Positions 14,597 to 26,288 of a stretch of 64,000 nucleotides of DNA are shown here, one piece after another. Source of the stretch: Eledone cirrhosa (lineage: Eukaryota); the NCBI GenBank assembly GCA_964016885.1, contig OZ024743.1, positions 32,054,001-32,118,000 on the forward strand, in the 5' to 3' direction. The number at the start of each line of letters is the position of its first letter. The stretch's first letter is position 1. Position numbers and translations under genes: made by a program. The notes beneath the pieces were generated by a model. That model did no database searches. It was not told the origin of the DNA and worked only from the letters and a program-made list of their open reading frames with translations.

Positions 14597-14905
14597 ATTT
14601 CGTTTCTGAATGTGTTTAGTAAGATTCTTTATCTGAAAACGTGTGTTGAAACCGATATTGATATACTTTGATAGGGTCATGTTGCCAATAAGAAAGACAC
14701 GCACCATCGTTCACTTCAATTTATTATAATAAATTTATAAATTTATGAATTTATAAATTTCCGGTTGGTTGGTTGGTTGGTTCCACAACCAGATGATTGT
14801 TTATATATTGTTAAAGTTCTTTCGTCACACATTATGTGACCTCTTCAGTGACTGGGGATTATTTTCTTTGTTTTTGTGCCTCTCCTTTGTTCTGTCCTAC
14901 GCTAT
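14597..14905 (-). mobile_element. PLE pseudo-LTR/3' end, a diverged inverted counterpart of 16040-16292
   Basis: Shared GCAACATGACCCT..CAAAGTATA, (CCAA)n run and CTGAAGAGGTCAC motifs. The tail matches 40682-40760, 56560-56700 and 57665-57795. Confidence 0.7.
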
Positions 14906-15096
14906 CAAGATAAGAATGGGATGACAGCAAAGAGAAAAATAAGGTTAGTTTTGGAATATTTGTCGATAGAAATATATGTTGTTGATATTGGTTTGCTAGC
15001 TCACATACTTACATCCCTACACGTAAACATGCATACAGCCCATATACATATACATACATACACATACACACACATATATATATATATATATATATC

Positions 15097-15150
<54 letters not shown>

Positions 15151-15201
15151 TATACGTACACATACATATACATACATGCACGTATACATACACATTTTCC
15201 A

Positions 15202-15238
<37 letters not shown>

Positions 15239-15243
<5 letters not shown>

Positions 15244-15530
15244 AAAAAAGATGAAATCGAAAATGCAACTGGAGTCTTTTTTTTTTATATATATTTATTT
15301 GGTTCCTTTACCGGATTCTCAGTTCTTCTGCTTTTCAAAGGTAGAATTGAGATGGAGGGTTTGTGGTTTTTTGCCCATCTGTGAGAAAATCCACAATCCC
15401 TCCATCTAAATTCTACTTTTGAAAAGCAGAATAACTGCGAAACCGCTAAAGGAACCAAATAATTTTTATTTTTTTAAAATAACTCCAGTTGCATTTTCCA
15501 TTTCATCTTTTTCCTTATACTTTCACACCT
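15239..15530. mobile_element. Palindromic twin-hammerhead element (family H1), copy 2
   Basis: HHR motifs at 15306-15341 (-, degenerate) and 15416-15451 (+). Same left boundary and inversion centre as copies 1 and 3. Confidence 0.75.
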
Positions 15531-16292
15531 GTACAGATAAGAAATGCATAATCTGTAAAGTAAGCCCCCATATTAACTGCAAAACTAGAAACATAGTATA
15601 TAGCATAAGATGTACTGAAGGACAATGTAAAGGTAAGAATATAGTGTGCATAGGTGAGACAGCTCGTAGTATAGGAGAACGATTAAATGAACACTGTTGA
15701 GAGCTTCAAGATAGAAAAGAATCATCAGTACTCCACCAGCATGCTAAATAGAACATAAGGGCAAATTGGAGAACATAGAAATAAAAATAAAATCAACACA
15801 CAGAAAAGACGCAATGTTTAGACAAATCACAGAGGCAATAAACATAAATGAACTCCAACCAAAATTGAATATAAAACATGAATGGAATAGCAACATCACA
15901 ACTTACAATTAAGGACAAAATGAAAACATATACACATAGAACAAATAACCAACCAGTAACATGTAAATAAACAAATAAAAACACACACAGACACCCGGAT
16001 GTAACACATGCGCAAACTAAGCACACAACACACACAAAAACAAGATGGCGTAGGACAGAACAAAGGAGTGGCACAAAACAAAGAAAAGAATCCCCAGTCG
16101 CTGAAGAGGTCACAGAATGTGGGACGAAAAACATTGAAAATATATGACCAGCCGTCCGGTTGTGGAACCAACCAACCAACCAGAAATTTATAAATTTTTA
16201 AATTTATAATTTAATTCAGAATAAATTGGAGAGAAAGCAACCGGTGCGTGTGTTTCTTGTTTGCAACATGACCCTCCCAATGTATAACAATA
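15530..16292 (+). mobile_element. Penelope-like element fragment: GIY-YIG endonuclease pseudogene plus 3' UTR
   Basis: CTDKKCIIC..NCKTRNIVYSIRC..C..CIGETARSIGERLNEH*..SVLHQHA..RQITEA.....PKLN.KHEWN with stops. Homologous to 58596-59144. Confidence 0.85.
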
Positions 16293-16557
16293 TATATGTA
16301 TATATATATATATTTTAGAAACTCGGCACCGGTTACATTATAACGGGTTTTTCGATAATGTCTATAGATATCACATTTGATATTACTTCCAGGTCTTTTC
16401 CGTATATTGCTCCGGCTTAATCACATATAGAGAATAAACGTGCTTCTATTAAATGAAATCAACTACAAAATGTAATGAATGATACTATATTGCACATCAA
16501 AAATGTAATTAGTTTCCCCGTTTATTATATTTGTGTACGACGTTGCGTAATATGTAT

Positions 16558-17219
<662 letters not shown>

Positions 17220-17439
17220 TAGTTATTCTGTGCTTTGTATTGAGAACGTTACTTACTGCGGTTACCCCCCGATTGAACCCGAGATATATGTATATATATA
17301 AGCAGATTGTGGGTAAATTTATATTACTATAAGTTGCAGTTTAAGCACTCAATGATATTACGTGAACTGAATTTTCCGTGTTCAAAGTGTGTATTCACAG
17401 CTGTATTGGTTTATTAGCGGAATTTGAAGAGTGTTTATA

Positions 17440-17770
17440 TTAAGTAAGAGAAAACGAAGTTTCAGTTTAACATATTTTATTCATAATCTCACATAACACG
17501 GTATTCGAGAATGATCACCTCAAGGCCTGAATCGATTACGATTGGCCTGATTCTGGTTCCGATTTGCTCCTCAGACGCATAGAAGATCGGAATCGAACTA
17601 TGTTCATCTCAAGAGATGATAAATGTGATATTCGCTTTATTGAATATATAAGAGTTCCGGCCGATTGTAATAAATTATGGCCTCGAGCTGATCATTTTCG
17701 AAACACGTTTTACGCCTGATTATGAATAAAATAAGTTAATTTGAAACTTCGTTCTCTCTTACTTACTTAA
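17440..17770. repeat. Degenerate foldback (MITE- or PLE-like)
   Basis: TAAGTAAGAGAAAACGAAGTTTCA..TTTTATTCATAATC..GAGAATGATCA..AGGCC (17440-17528) is an imperfect reverse complement of 17679-17770. Confidence 0.7.
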
Positions 17771-18029
17771 TATACATTATATACTCTAAGAGAATTCCAT
17801 TTGCAGTGTAGTGTTTTTGCTAAGTTATTTGAGATGTTAAAGTAATAATATAGAAATGGGAATGTAATAAAATTACTTAACGATACAAACTGTAGAAGAG
17901 CATATGCATTGATTTACTTTTCCAATTTTGTTATAAGCACCTATTATTAGCTTTCTGTTTAGGAATATGTAATATATGTGCGTGTGCGTTGAAATTATTT
18001 GAGGCGTTGAGTGTGGAAATATTTCGTAG

Positions 18030-18509
18030 AATTATAGGAATCTCAAACGCGGAAATAGCTGGAAAACATTCAGATGTTGCGATAACCATAGCATAGAGTC
18101 GGGTTAAACAAAACCTCTTAATTAACGGAAAAGCAATCAGAGAAGAGTGAGAGAGACAGAAAATTAAAAGGAAGAGGGAGAATGAAAGCAATAGATCTTA
18201 TAGCATATGATGAGAAATGGGAGAGAGAGAGAAAGGAGAGAGGGAATGTGAGTGATAAATCCTATATGTTGACATGGAGAAGTAAGAATGGGATAGCACT
18301 AGAGAAAGTAAAGATGAAAAACAATAGAACACCCGAACCACGTCAGCTTCCGTCTAGCCACATGATTTCGCAAAACATCATGTGGCTAGGGGAAAGTTGA
18401 TGAGGTTCCGACGTTATGGTTAGTTCTCTTTCTTCTCTCTCAATCTCTCCCATCTCTCATCGTATGCGACACACTCTATTCCTTTCGTTCTCTCCCTCCC
18501 TCCTAATTT

Positions 18510-18549
<40 letters not shown>

Positions 18550-18645
18550 TTCATTAAGAGGTTTTGTTTAACTCGACTCTGTGCTATCATCATAGCAGCT
18601 GTCTATTTTACAGATATTTTCCATGTTTGATATTCCTACAATTTT
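18030..18645. repeat. Degenerate foldback with ~200-bp arms
   Basis: AATTATAGGAATCTCAAAC..ATAGCATAGAGTCGGGTTAAACAAAACCTCTTAAT is mirrored by ATTAAGAGGTTTTGTTTAACTCGACTCTGTGCTAT..GTTTGATATTCCTACAATT. Confidence 0.7.
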
Positions 18646-18785
18646 AGCATATATATATATATATATATATAGGTTGTAATAAAATGAAAACGAAATTTAA
18701 TTTCTCACTCTTAGTACGGCACTTACTTAAATGTAAGTATGTATGTATACGTACATACATATATGTATACAGACGTACAGTAGCA

Positions 18786-18857
<72 letters not shown>

Positions 18858-19025
18858 CATATATATATATATACAGGTACACATACATATATGCACGTAT
18901 CAGTTTAGCGGACGCTTATTATAACGCCCGCTTTGTTCGTTTGTAAACAAACTGAACAGCCTGAATTTATGCCGTACGGTGTTAAGGCAACCACGTCACC
19001 TTTTTGTTCAACACTGACACAGGAA

Positions 19026-19066
19026 CGATGTACTAGTTTCAAGCTTATTAGCTATCATCAGCACCG
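19026..19066 (-). ncRNA. Minimal type I hammerhead ribozyme motif
   Basis: CGGTG-CTGATGA-T-AGCT(AATA)AGCT-T-GAAA-CTAG-TA-CATCG. Canonical core, palindromic stem III ACTAGT, GUA triplet. Confidence 0.75.
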
Positions 19067-19451
19067 TATACCCTTCTGCCAGATAGTTGAACGTTCGAAA
19101 GTATATACTTTCCTTATGAAAATTAACGGCTGAGCAGCCTAATTTGCATATCGAGTGAGTTAAGTCGGTCAGGCGTACCGTAAACGATAAGTTGTAATAA
19201 AATGAAAACGAAATTTCATCTCTCACTCTTAGTACGGCACTGAGTTAAGTACGGCACTTACTTAAGTAAGTGAGTAATTGCCGTACTAAGAGTGAGAAAT
19301 GAAATTTCGTTTTCATTTTATTACAACTTATCGTTTTCGGTACGCCTGACCGACTTAACTCACTCGATATGCAAATTAGGCTGCTCAGCCGTTAATTTTC
19401 ATAAGGAAAGTATATACTTTCGAACGTTCAACTATCTGGCAGAAGGGTATA

Positions 19452-19492
19452 CGGTGCTGATGATTGCTAACAAGCTTGAAACTAGTACATCG
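19452..19492 (+). ncRNA. Minimal type I hammerhead ribozyme motif
   Basis: CGGTG-CTGATGA-TTGCT(AACA)AGCTT-GAAA-CTAG-TA-CATCG. Confidence 0.72.
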
Positions 19493-19644
19493 TTCCTGTG
19501 TCAGTGTTGAACAAAAAGGTGACGTGGTTGCCTTAACACCGTACGGCATAAATTCAGGCTGTTCAGTTTGTTTACAAACGAACAAAGCGGGCGTTATAAT
19601 AAGCGTCCGCTAAACTGATACGTGCATATATGTATGTGTACCTG

Positions 19645-19696
<52 letters not shown>

Positions 19697-19752
19697 TGCT
19701 ACTGTACGTCTGTATACATATATGTATGTACGTATACATACATACTTACATT

Positions 19753-19807
<55 letters not shown>

Positions 19808-19817
19808 AGTTTATATC

Positions 19818-20018
19818 TAATAATAATAATAATTTTTCTACTTTTGGCACAAGGCCAGCACAGAACCAGTACATTACTGGTACTTTATTTTATCGACCCC
19901 GTAAGGATGAAAGCAAAGTTAACCTCGGCTGGATTTGAACTCAGATCATAAAGGGACGTAACTCTATGCTTCAAAGCATGGTGTCCGACTCTCTACCGAT
20001 ACTGCCAATCCACCGCCT
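19818..20018 (-). mobile_element. tRNA-derived SINE, full length, (ATT)n tail
   Basis: Head AGGCGGTGGATTGGCAGTATCGGTAGAG (A box), GAGTTCAAATCC (B box), then core and tail. Confidence 0.92.
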
Positions 20019-20022
20019 TATC

Positions 20023-20069
<47 letters not shown>

Positions 20070-20071
<2 letters not shown>

Positions 20072-20257
20072 TGTTTCTACTTTAGGCACAAGGCCAGTAA
20101 TTACCCAGTGCATTACTGGTACTTTATTTTATCGACCCCGTAAGGATGAAAGGCAAAGTCAACCTCGGCGGGATTTGAACTCAGATCGTAAAGGGACGTA
20201 ACTATGCTGGAAAGCATGGCGTCCGACCCTCTACCGATACTGCCAATCCACCGCCCT
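20070..20257 (-). mobile_element. tRNA-derived SINE, full length, long (ATT)n tail at 20024-20070
   Basis: Same consensus, in tandem with the previous copy. Confidence 0.92.
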
Positions 20258-20519
20258 AATAATAATAATAATAATGTTTTCTTTATTAACCACAAGGGTT
20301 TACATAAAATATACATTAAGGACAGTACAGGACAATACAGGACGGTACAAATGGGTATTTCTACGTGTAAAAAAAACAGAGGATGTAATAAAAATAACAA
20401 AGAAAAATTCCCCAATAGGGGGGAGACTTCCGAGGGATATTTGTAGAGAAAGCCCATTAAAAGACCACAGTGACCCTGACCACCAGGGCAATTGCCCTTT
20501 CTCCAGTTTTCCACCTTTA

Positions 20520-21564
20520 ATTTACAGACACATACTCAGAGTAGGCCCATTCACTCGGGCCATAGTTGCTTCTCTCACCCATCTTTCAACAAAATGCTGG
20601 GAAGAGAGCACTTCCCTCTCTACCCTGATTTTCCTTTTCAATTGAAATTTGAAAAAGTTAATCAGGGCATCACCGAAGAGGTAAGTGCTCGTCTTCAGCC
20701 CTTTCAAACGTGTCCACCATACTATCACTTTCGCCATGGCCACCAGACAGATAAAAACTGCCTGCCCTTCCTGGCTAAAGGAAGAGGGCGGGGCAATCCT
20801 CACGATGAACTCGGCTGATAGTTGGATCCGTCCTACACGTAACAGTGGTGTTCGACATAAACCTACAAGTCAGCAATGCTCGGACACTGGACGAGTGCGT
20901 GCAGGACGGTTTCGTCGCCATGCGCGCATCTCGGACATGCCAGGCTGACGGCACCTCCATGCCTGTAGAGTTTATCCCGAACTGGCAAAGCTCCCCGGTA
21001 GCACTGCCAGGCCAGGGATTTCTTGAAGTTGTCCATAGGCCCCGGCCCGAAAGTCCTTCCGAAGAGATTGGCTAGTTGATTTTCATCGACGCCTAGAGTT
21101 TCTCCAAGTACGTCGTCGCTCTTCCCCTCCACTAATCCTCTATAGAACGCCAAAGTGGAGTTTCCACTGATCACATTGCCCGATTGGTCGAGGGCTGTGA
21201 GCGCCTGAAGACATTCCAGTCTCCAAGCACTCCCTCTCGGTCTTCGCTTGACCCAGGACTGCAGCTCCGTCATGGAGACGAGCTAGGGAAAGACGTGTCT
21301 AGCAAACGGCGACCACACGTGATCACCGTCGAGGAAGAGGTGGAGAAGTCGTAGCCTGAGCGCGTGTCTGCGCATCATCAGCCACGGCATGCCCAGCCCT
21401 CCACGTAGCGGGTGTTGACAGCAGATGGACCGCTTGACCATCGGAGCGCGTCCCTTCCACAAAAAGCGAAAGAGCAAACGCTCCAGTGCAGTCAGGCGGA
21501 GCTTAGGACAAGGTACGACGGTCAGGCGGTAGTAGATGACGGACGCGATGTACGCGTTAACCAC
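20520..21564 (-). pseudogene. Tx1 ORF2 C-terminal region with Zn-binding motif (frameshifted)
   Basis: FLWKG, PLRGGLGMP and CPRC...ETVLHALVQCP across several frames. Confidence 0.85.
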
Positions 21565-22954
21565 CTCCGCTCGACCTCTCGGCCCATTTCTGGGTGAGAG
21601 AAGCCACCCTGCTCGTCACCTCGTCCCAGTTTTTCTCCGTCTGGAGGTCCGGACCGAACCAGACCCCTAGAAATTTAACCGGTCCGTCCGTCCAGCTCCC
21701 GACGACGCTGTTGGACGGCATGGACCTGCCTCTCCAGGTGCCGAGCTGCAGGCCCACTGACATTTCCTGGTTGATCATTGCTCCTGTCACCGCTTCGTAT
21801 TCTCTTAGTGTAGTGCCGGTCGCCTCGATGTGTTTGGCGTTTGACACCACTACGGTGACATCGTCCGCATATGCTGACACGGATCTTCCGCATCCTAGTT
21901 CGCGCGGGAACCCCCTCAATGTCCCCAGTTTGTGCAGTAATGGCTCGAGAGTCAATGCGTACAAGAGGGACGAGAGGGGACATCTTTGGCGGACCGAGCG
22001 CATGATGTTGAACGGTTCCGAAAGGTGACCGTTCACTCTCACCACAGAGCAGATGTCGCTGTGCATGGCAGCGATCCAGCCTCTGAAGACGGGCCCAAAG
22101 CCAACCGCCCTCAGGACTGCCGCTAGGTAACGATGGTCGACCTTATCGAAAGCTTTCGACTGATTTAAATTTATCAAAGACCCACCCGTGCCAGGTTCCC
22201 TAGCTACCCTCTCTACAATGTATCGCATGAGGTGGAGGTTGTCGTGGATGGATCTGTCGGGAATGGCGCATGTCTGCGCCTCTCCCACCAGACCACCAAC
22301 GACAAGCACAAACCTCTTTGCTAGCACCTTGGCCAAAATCTTGAACTCTGTGTTTAGCAGAGTTATGGGCCTAAAATTATCTATGATATCCCCCTTGTTC
22401 GGATCCTTTCTCAGCAGCGCCACCGCTCCTCGGCTCACAGAGCTGGGAATTCTCCCGTTCTGCTGCCAGTTGCAGTAGACGTCCGCCAAGTCTGGCATTT
22501 GTACGTAAAGTTCATAGGGCAGACCATCCAAACCAGGCGCTTTACCCCTTGTGCAGCCAGTCATTGCCTCCCGTACTTCAGCGGCTGTTATCGGCTTTTC
22601 GCAACACTCCGCCTCAGTGGCCGAGAACCGCGGCAGTCCGTCGAGGTAGACACTAAAGTCCATCCCTCGATCCGGCCCGCCGCTGCTCCCGAACAGTTGA
22701 GCGAAGTGTCGCTGAAAAGCTTCACACATTTGCCCGGGATCGAGTAGCATGCGCCCGTCGTGGTCCACCAAAGACCGGATCGTGGCTTTGTTGCCACATC
22801 GCGCCTCCGCCACTCGGGCCCATTGAACGGCTTTCGTCCCCTCGTGTCTGAGAGCACGCACCCTCGCTCTGACAACGCAGCCTTCATGCTTTGCATTGAA
22901 GAATTGGTCAAGGGCCAATTTCGCCGCAAAACGTCGGCCGCGATGCCTTTGCAA
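21557..22954 (-). CDS. Tx1 ORF2 reverse transcriptase segment (frameshifted)
   Basis: GKAPGLDGLP, NFRPITLLNTEFKILAK, SKAFDKVDH, VRQRCPLS, AYADDVT, KFLGVWF. Confidence 0.92.
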   Translation of the reverse strand: MQRHRGRRFAAKLALDQFFNAKHEGCVVRARVRALRHEGTKAVQWARVAEARCGNKATIRSLVDHDGRMLLDPGQMCEAFQRHFAQLFGSSGGPDRGMDFSVYLDGLPRFSATEAECCEKPITAAEVREAMTGCTRGKAPGLDGLPYELYVQMPDLADVYCNWQQNGRIPSSVSRGAVALLRKDPNKGDIIDNFRPITLLNTEFKILAKVLAKRFVLVVGGLVGEAQTCAIPDRSIHDNLHLMRYIVERVAREPGTGGSLINLNQSKAFDKVDHRYLAAVLRAVGFGPVFRGWIAAMHSDICSVVRVNGHLSEPFNIMRSVRQRCPLSSLLYALTLEPLLHKLGTLRGFPRELGCGRSVSAYADDVTVVVSNAKHIEATGTTLREYEAVTGAMINQEMSVGLQLGTWRGRSMPSNSVVGSWTDGPVKFLGVWFGPDLQTEKNWDEVTSRVASLTQKWAERSSGGG

Positions 22955-22993
22955 AGCGCCTCGTCTAATTTTCTAACTAATTCTCCCTCTGCT

Positions 22994-23890
22994 CTATTTT
23001 TCTCTATTGCTAATGGACTCTATTCTAATTGCTCTTTTCAGAGCAAACCACCACTTGTTGTTGACGATGGCCCCCGACAACGCTCGCTTAACTAGTTCGC
23101 TAATCCGGTCTCTGTAGGTCTTGCGTGCTGGTAAGGACGCGTTTAGCTTCCAGTAGCCGGGTCCCCGTCTATGAAGCCTATCTAAGTCAAGCACACAGAT
23201 CACGAATTTGTGGTCCGTGTAGCTGACTATCTTGAATTGTGGACAGCCTATGCTAGACCTATCTATTTCCCTACAAAATACTCTATCTAGATATGATCTG
23301 GATGACCCTATGCGATTTGTCCAAGTCCACATTGGTACATTCGGGAAATCCAATCGGTACCTGTCAGACAGTTCAAAACGCCTGAGCAGGTTGGTGACAC
23401 TCTTGCACCCTCCTCCCCTATCCACTAATCCCACACAGTCCCAGCGTGCATCTAAGATCCCGTTCCAGTCGCCTACTAACACTAAAGAGCGGGACGTTCC
23501 AAGAAAGGTCTCCAGACACCGGAAGAAATCAGGCCGCCCTGCTCCTGTCGGGGCATAGACGGCCACTAACCTGAAAGCTTGCCCGTCCCCGCTGGTCCCG
23601 TCCAGCACCACCAACTTACCTTCTGGGTCCAGGAAGATGGCCCGTATGGCAAGATCCAAACCTCTCCGAAAAAGCACAGCAACTTCACCCCCCGATCCCG
23701 GACGGCTGGGAGATGCGTACACATCGTAGCCGCCGAAGATCGGTGCGAAGGCCCGTGCTTCGGAGATTCTGGTCTCGCTGATGGCCACTACATCTATGTT
23801 TAGTGACCTGAGGTCGTTGAACAGGTAGCCCTGCTTCCATGACGACCCCAAGCGACGCGCATTTATGCTGCCTATTCTGAGTGAGGTCAT
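22994..23890 (-). CDS. Tx1 ORF2 N-terminus: APE-type endonuclease (ORF2 disrupted downstream)
   Basis: SINARRL, DVVAISET, AVYAP, LVGDWN, SYLDRVF, YTDHK, GPGYWKLN. Confidence 0.9.
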   Translation of the reverse strand: MTSLRIGSINARRLGSSWKQGYLFNDLRSLNIDVVAISETRISEARAFAPIFGGYDVYASPSRPGSGGEVAVLFRRGLDLAIRAIFLDPEGKLVVLDGTSGDGQAFRLVAVYAPTGAGRPDFFRCLETFLGTSRSLVLVGDWNGILDARWDCVGLVDRGGGCKSVTNLLRRFELSDRYRLDFPNVPMWTWTNRIGSSRSYLDRVFCREIDRSSIGCPQFKIVSYTDHKFVICVLDLDRLHRRGPGYWKLNASLPARKTYRDRISELVKRALSGAIVNNKWWFALKRAIRIESISNREK

Positions 23891-23924
23891 GTTGAAATGG
23901 AGTGGAAAAGATGGGAAAGACCAC

Positions 23925-25854
23925 TTACCTTACTTCTCGTAGAGGAAGGATGGTTTGTCCATTCTTTTCACTGCTTGTGGCCTCCTCCGGAAGGATGTAC
24001 TTATAAATCCTCCTGGAGAGTGTTTGTCGGAAGTCTCCGATGTCTTTGGGGAATTTTTGTTTTAGTGTCATGTACGTTTTCTGTGTGATGCGAGTGATTT
24101 GTATGTGTGGAGGTTGTGTGAACTTTTGGGTTGTTGTGTAGTCTTTTTCTGTGATGCTGGTGTTGTGTTGGATGTAGTGTAATAATTGGTTGTTGTTCAA
24201 ATTTAATGCTGTGTAGTGTGTATCGTTTTGGTTGTTTTGTTTTGTTTGCGTTTGTTGTGGGTTTGTTTCTGTTACGCTTTTTGGTGATTTTTGTGGTGTT
24301 GGTGATGGTGGTGTTGGGGTTAATGATGGTGATGGTGTTGGTGTTTGTGGTGATGGGGTTGGTGATGCTGGTGTGGATGGTGGCATATCTGTCTTAACTT
24401 CTTTGTTCGATAATGTATTTTGTTTTTTGAGGGGGAAGGAAGAGAATGTTTTCTTTTTTGGTTTCTTTTTTTTTTCTTTTTTCCTGATACCGTTTCCCAC
24501 TCATCGTCGTCACAATCTGTCTCCAGTTGCAATAAGCCGGGGAGCGGAAAATCCTCCACAGGCGTTGGTTTTGGTTGTGGCGTGGTGGATGGTGTAGGCG
24601 CTGGTGCTAGTTCTGTGGCATTGGGTGGTGGTGGTGTTGGTTTTGCTGGTGGTGGTGGTGGTGTTGGTTTTGCTACTGTTGCTGGGGTTGTTGCTGTTAT
24701 AGTTGCTTCTGTTGTTGCTGCTACAGTTGTTGCTGCCATCTCTGCTACTGGTGGTGTTGATGGTTGAGTCACTGGGGTGGGTAGGAGAGGTGACCTCAAA
24801 CTTTTAGCCTGAGGGCAGAAAGCCCTTAGGTGGGTTCCTCCACCACAAACGACACACCTAGGTCTTCTGCCCTCGACGATTACGGTGAGGTGGCTGCCGT
24901 CAGTGAGGTCTATTACCTCTGGGATCTCCTCAATGCTTTTATGGTCCGCTTGGATCAGGAGCTCCATCCCAGATCCGGACCAGTTCACCTGCTTTTCTTT
25001 TGCTAGTTCTATTATTTTGGTGTTGGCCTCGATGCCGGCGAGGACGGCAGCCATTAGCCAGGGAATTTCGATGGCCAGTGGAACGTGGGTCACCCTGATC
25101 TTCACAAGTCTCTGGCCACAATAGCTTGGGATGAGTGTGAAGTCGTCACTTCTTAATGGGGCCATGGAGTGTTCTCTTGCCTCCTGTGGTGTTTCAAAGA
25201 ACACGTCCACGGTTCCATACTTCTGCCCACGTCTGATGTGGGTTTTCTTTGCCCACACATGTCCCAAAGCTTTTTGGATTTGGGACTCAGATACCCGTTC
25301 CACTCGGCGCGATTTTATGTTTATTGTCCGATAAGACACGGTGCATAGGCGACGTTGCTCCATGTTATTAGGTGGGGGGTGAGGCTGACCCTGTACCCAT
25401 CTTTCTTTACGATTCTTTTGGCTTCTTCTAATTCTTCCAGAGTTACCTGGATCGCTTCGCACGTTTTTGCTACTCTGGCAAAACTCAGGGTAGTTTTCTT
25501 AATTTCATTGTTGCTGTTGTTATTATCGTTATTTTTGCTATTGTTAATTTTAGTTTCAGTTGTGGTGGTGGTGGCGTCAGTGGTGTTCGGTGTGGAAGAG
25601 TTCATTTTGGTTGAATTCATTTCGATATCATGAGTTAATTTATTGTTTTCTTTTGTTTCTGTTGTCGCTGTGGTGGTGGCAGCTTTAACACCTGCAGTCA
25701 TTGGTAATGGCGGGAAATGAAGGTCTGCCTGAGACAAATTTAAAATATTTCTACTGCTTAGAATTCCAGTGTTGGCAAACGTAGCAATGTTTACAATGGT
25801 GGTGTCGGTGTGATGTGTTGGATTGTGAGGAAGGAGTGAATCTGAGTCATCCAT
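23925..25854 (-). pseudogene. Tx1-type ORF1 (gag-like, frameshifted)
   Basis: Pieces 25321-25854, 24320-25462 and 23925-24500 in different frames. RRM-like region (GTVDVFF), knuckle CVVCGGGTHLRAFC and a Pro/Thr-rich linker. Confidence 0.8.
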
Positions 25855-26094
25855 TATTTTTCAAAGAAAAATGTTTTTGTTTGATAATTATAAAAAGTTT
25901 AAATTTTGGGCTCAAGGCCCCAATATTTTGTGTCCTTTTCAGAAATCTATGTATGTGCACTTATATATAGTTAACAATAAAAATGTTCCATAAATGGCAA
26001 TTTTAAATAACTGAAAATAACAAACATTTGCGGAGCTCACGATGATACGATTTATTACGTAGGTCACCAATAATAATAATAATAATAATAATAA

Positions 26095-26133
<39 letters not shown>

Positions 26134-26242
26134 ATAATAATAAATTTGAAGACTACAATCCAAAGAGGGCTCGATAAGGATAATATATATCAAATATATA
26201 AGAACCGTAGATTCTTTGCTTAAACTTTAATCTGTTATTTTA

Positions 26243-26288
<46 letters not shown>

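Larger units (their letters stand above)
18672..19753. mobile_element. Retrozyme-like non-autonomous element: 518-bp HHR monomer with terminal redundancy plus inverted copy
   Basis: Near-identical inverted arms 18730-19240 and 19280-19753. TTAGTACGGC is directly repeated at 18711 and 19229. One HHR per arm, no ORF, (TA)n flanks. Confidence 0.7.
20276..26068 (-). mobile_element. Full-length Tx1/L1-clade LINE inserted in an (ATT)n tract
   Basis: 5' UTR, ORF1 with CCHC knuckle, ORF2 with APE, RT and C-terminal Zn motif, then AATAAA and a (TTA)n tail. (AAT)n lies on both sides (20258-20275 and 26069-26098). Confidence 0.93.

Noticed and set aside
20190-20257. tRNA gene
   Set aside because: The tRNA-like A/B boxes are SINE heads fused to the SINE core, with no full cloverleaf.
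21594-23558. Plus-strand ORFs overlapping Tx1 ORF2, and similar ORFs opposite the CRE and Dong elements
   Set aside because: Antisense shadows of GC-rich retroelement coding sequence with no recognisable motifs.
23923-23931. Consensus splice donor AAG|GTAAGT at the end of Tx1 ORF1
   Set aside because: A single motif with no matching acceptor or other evidence of use.
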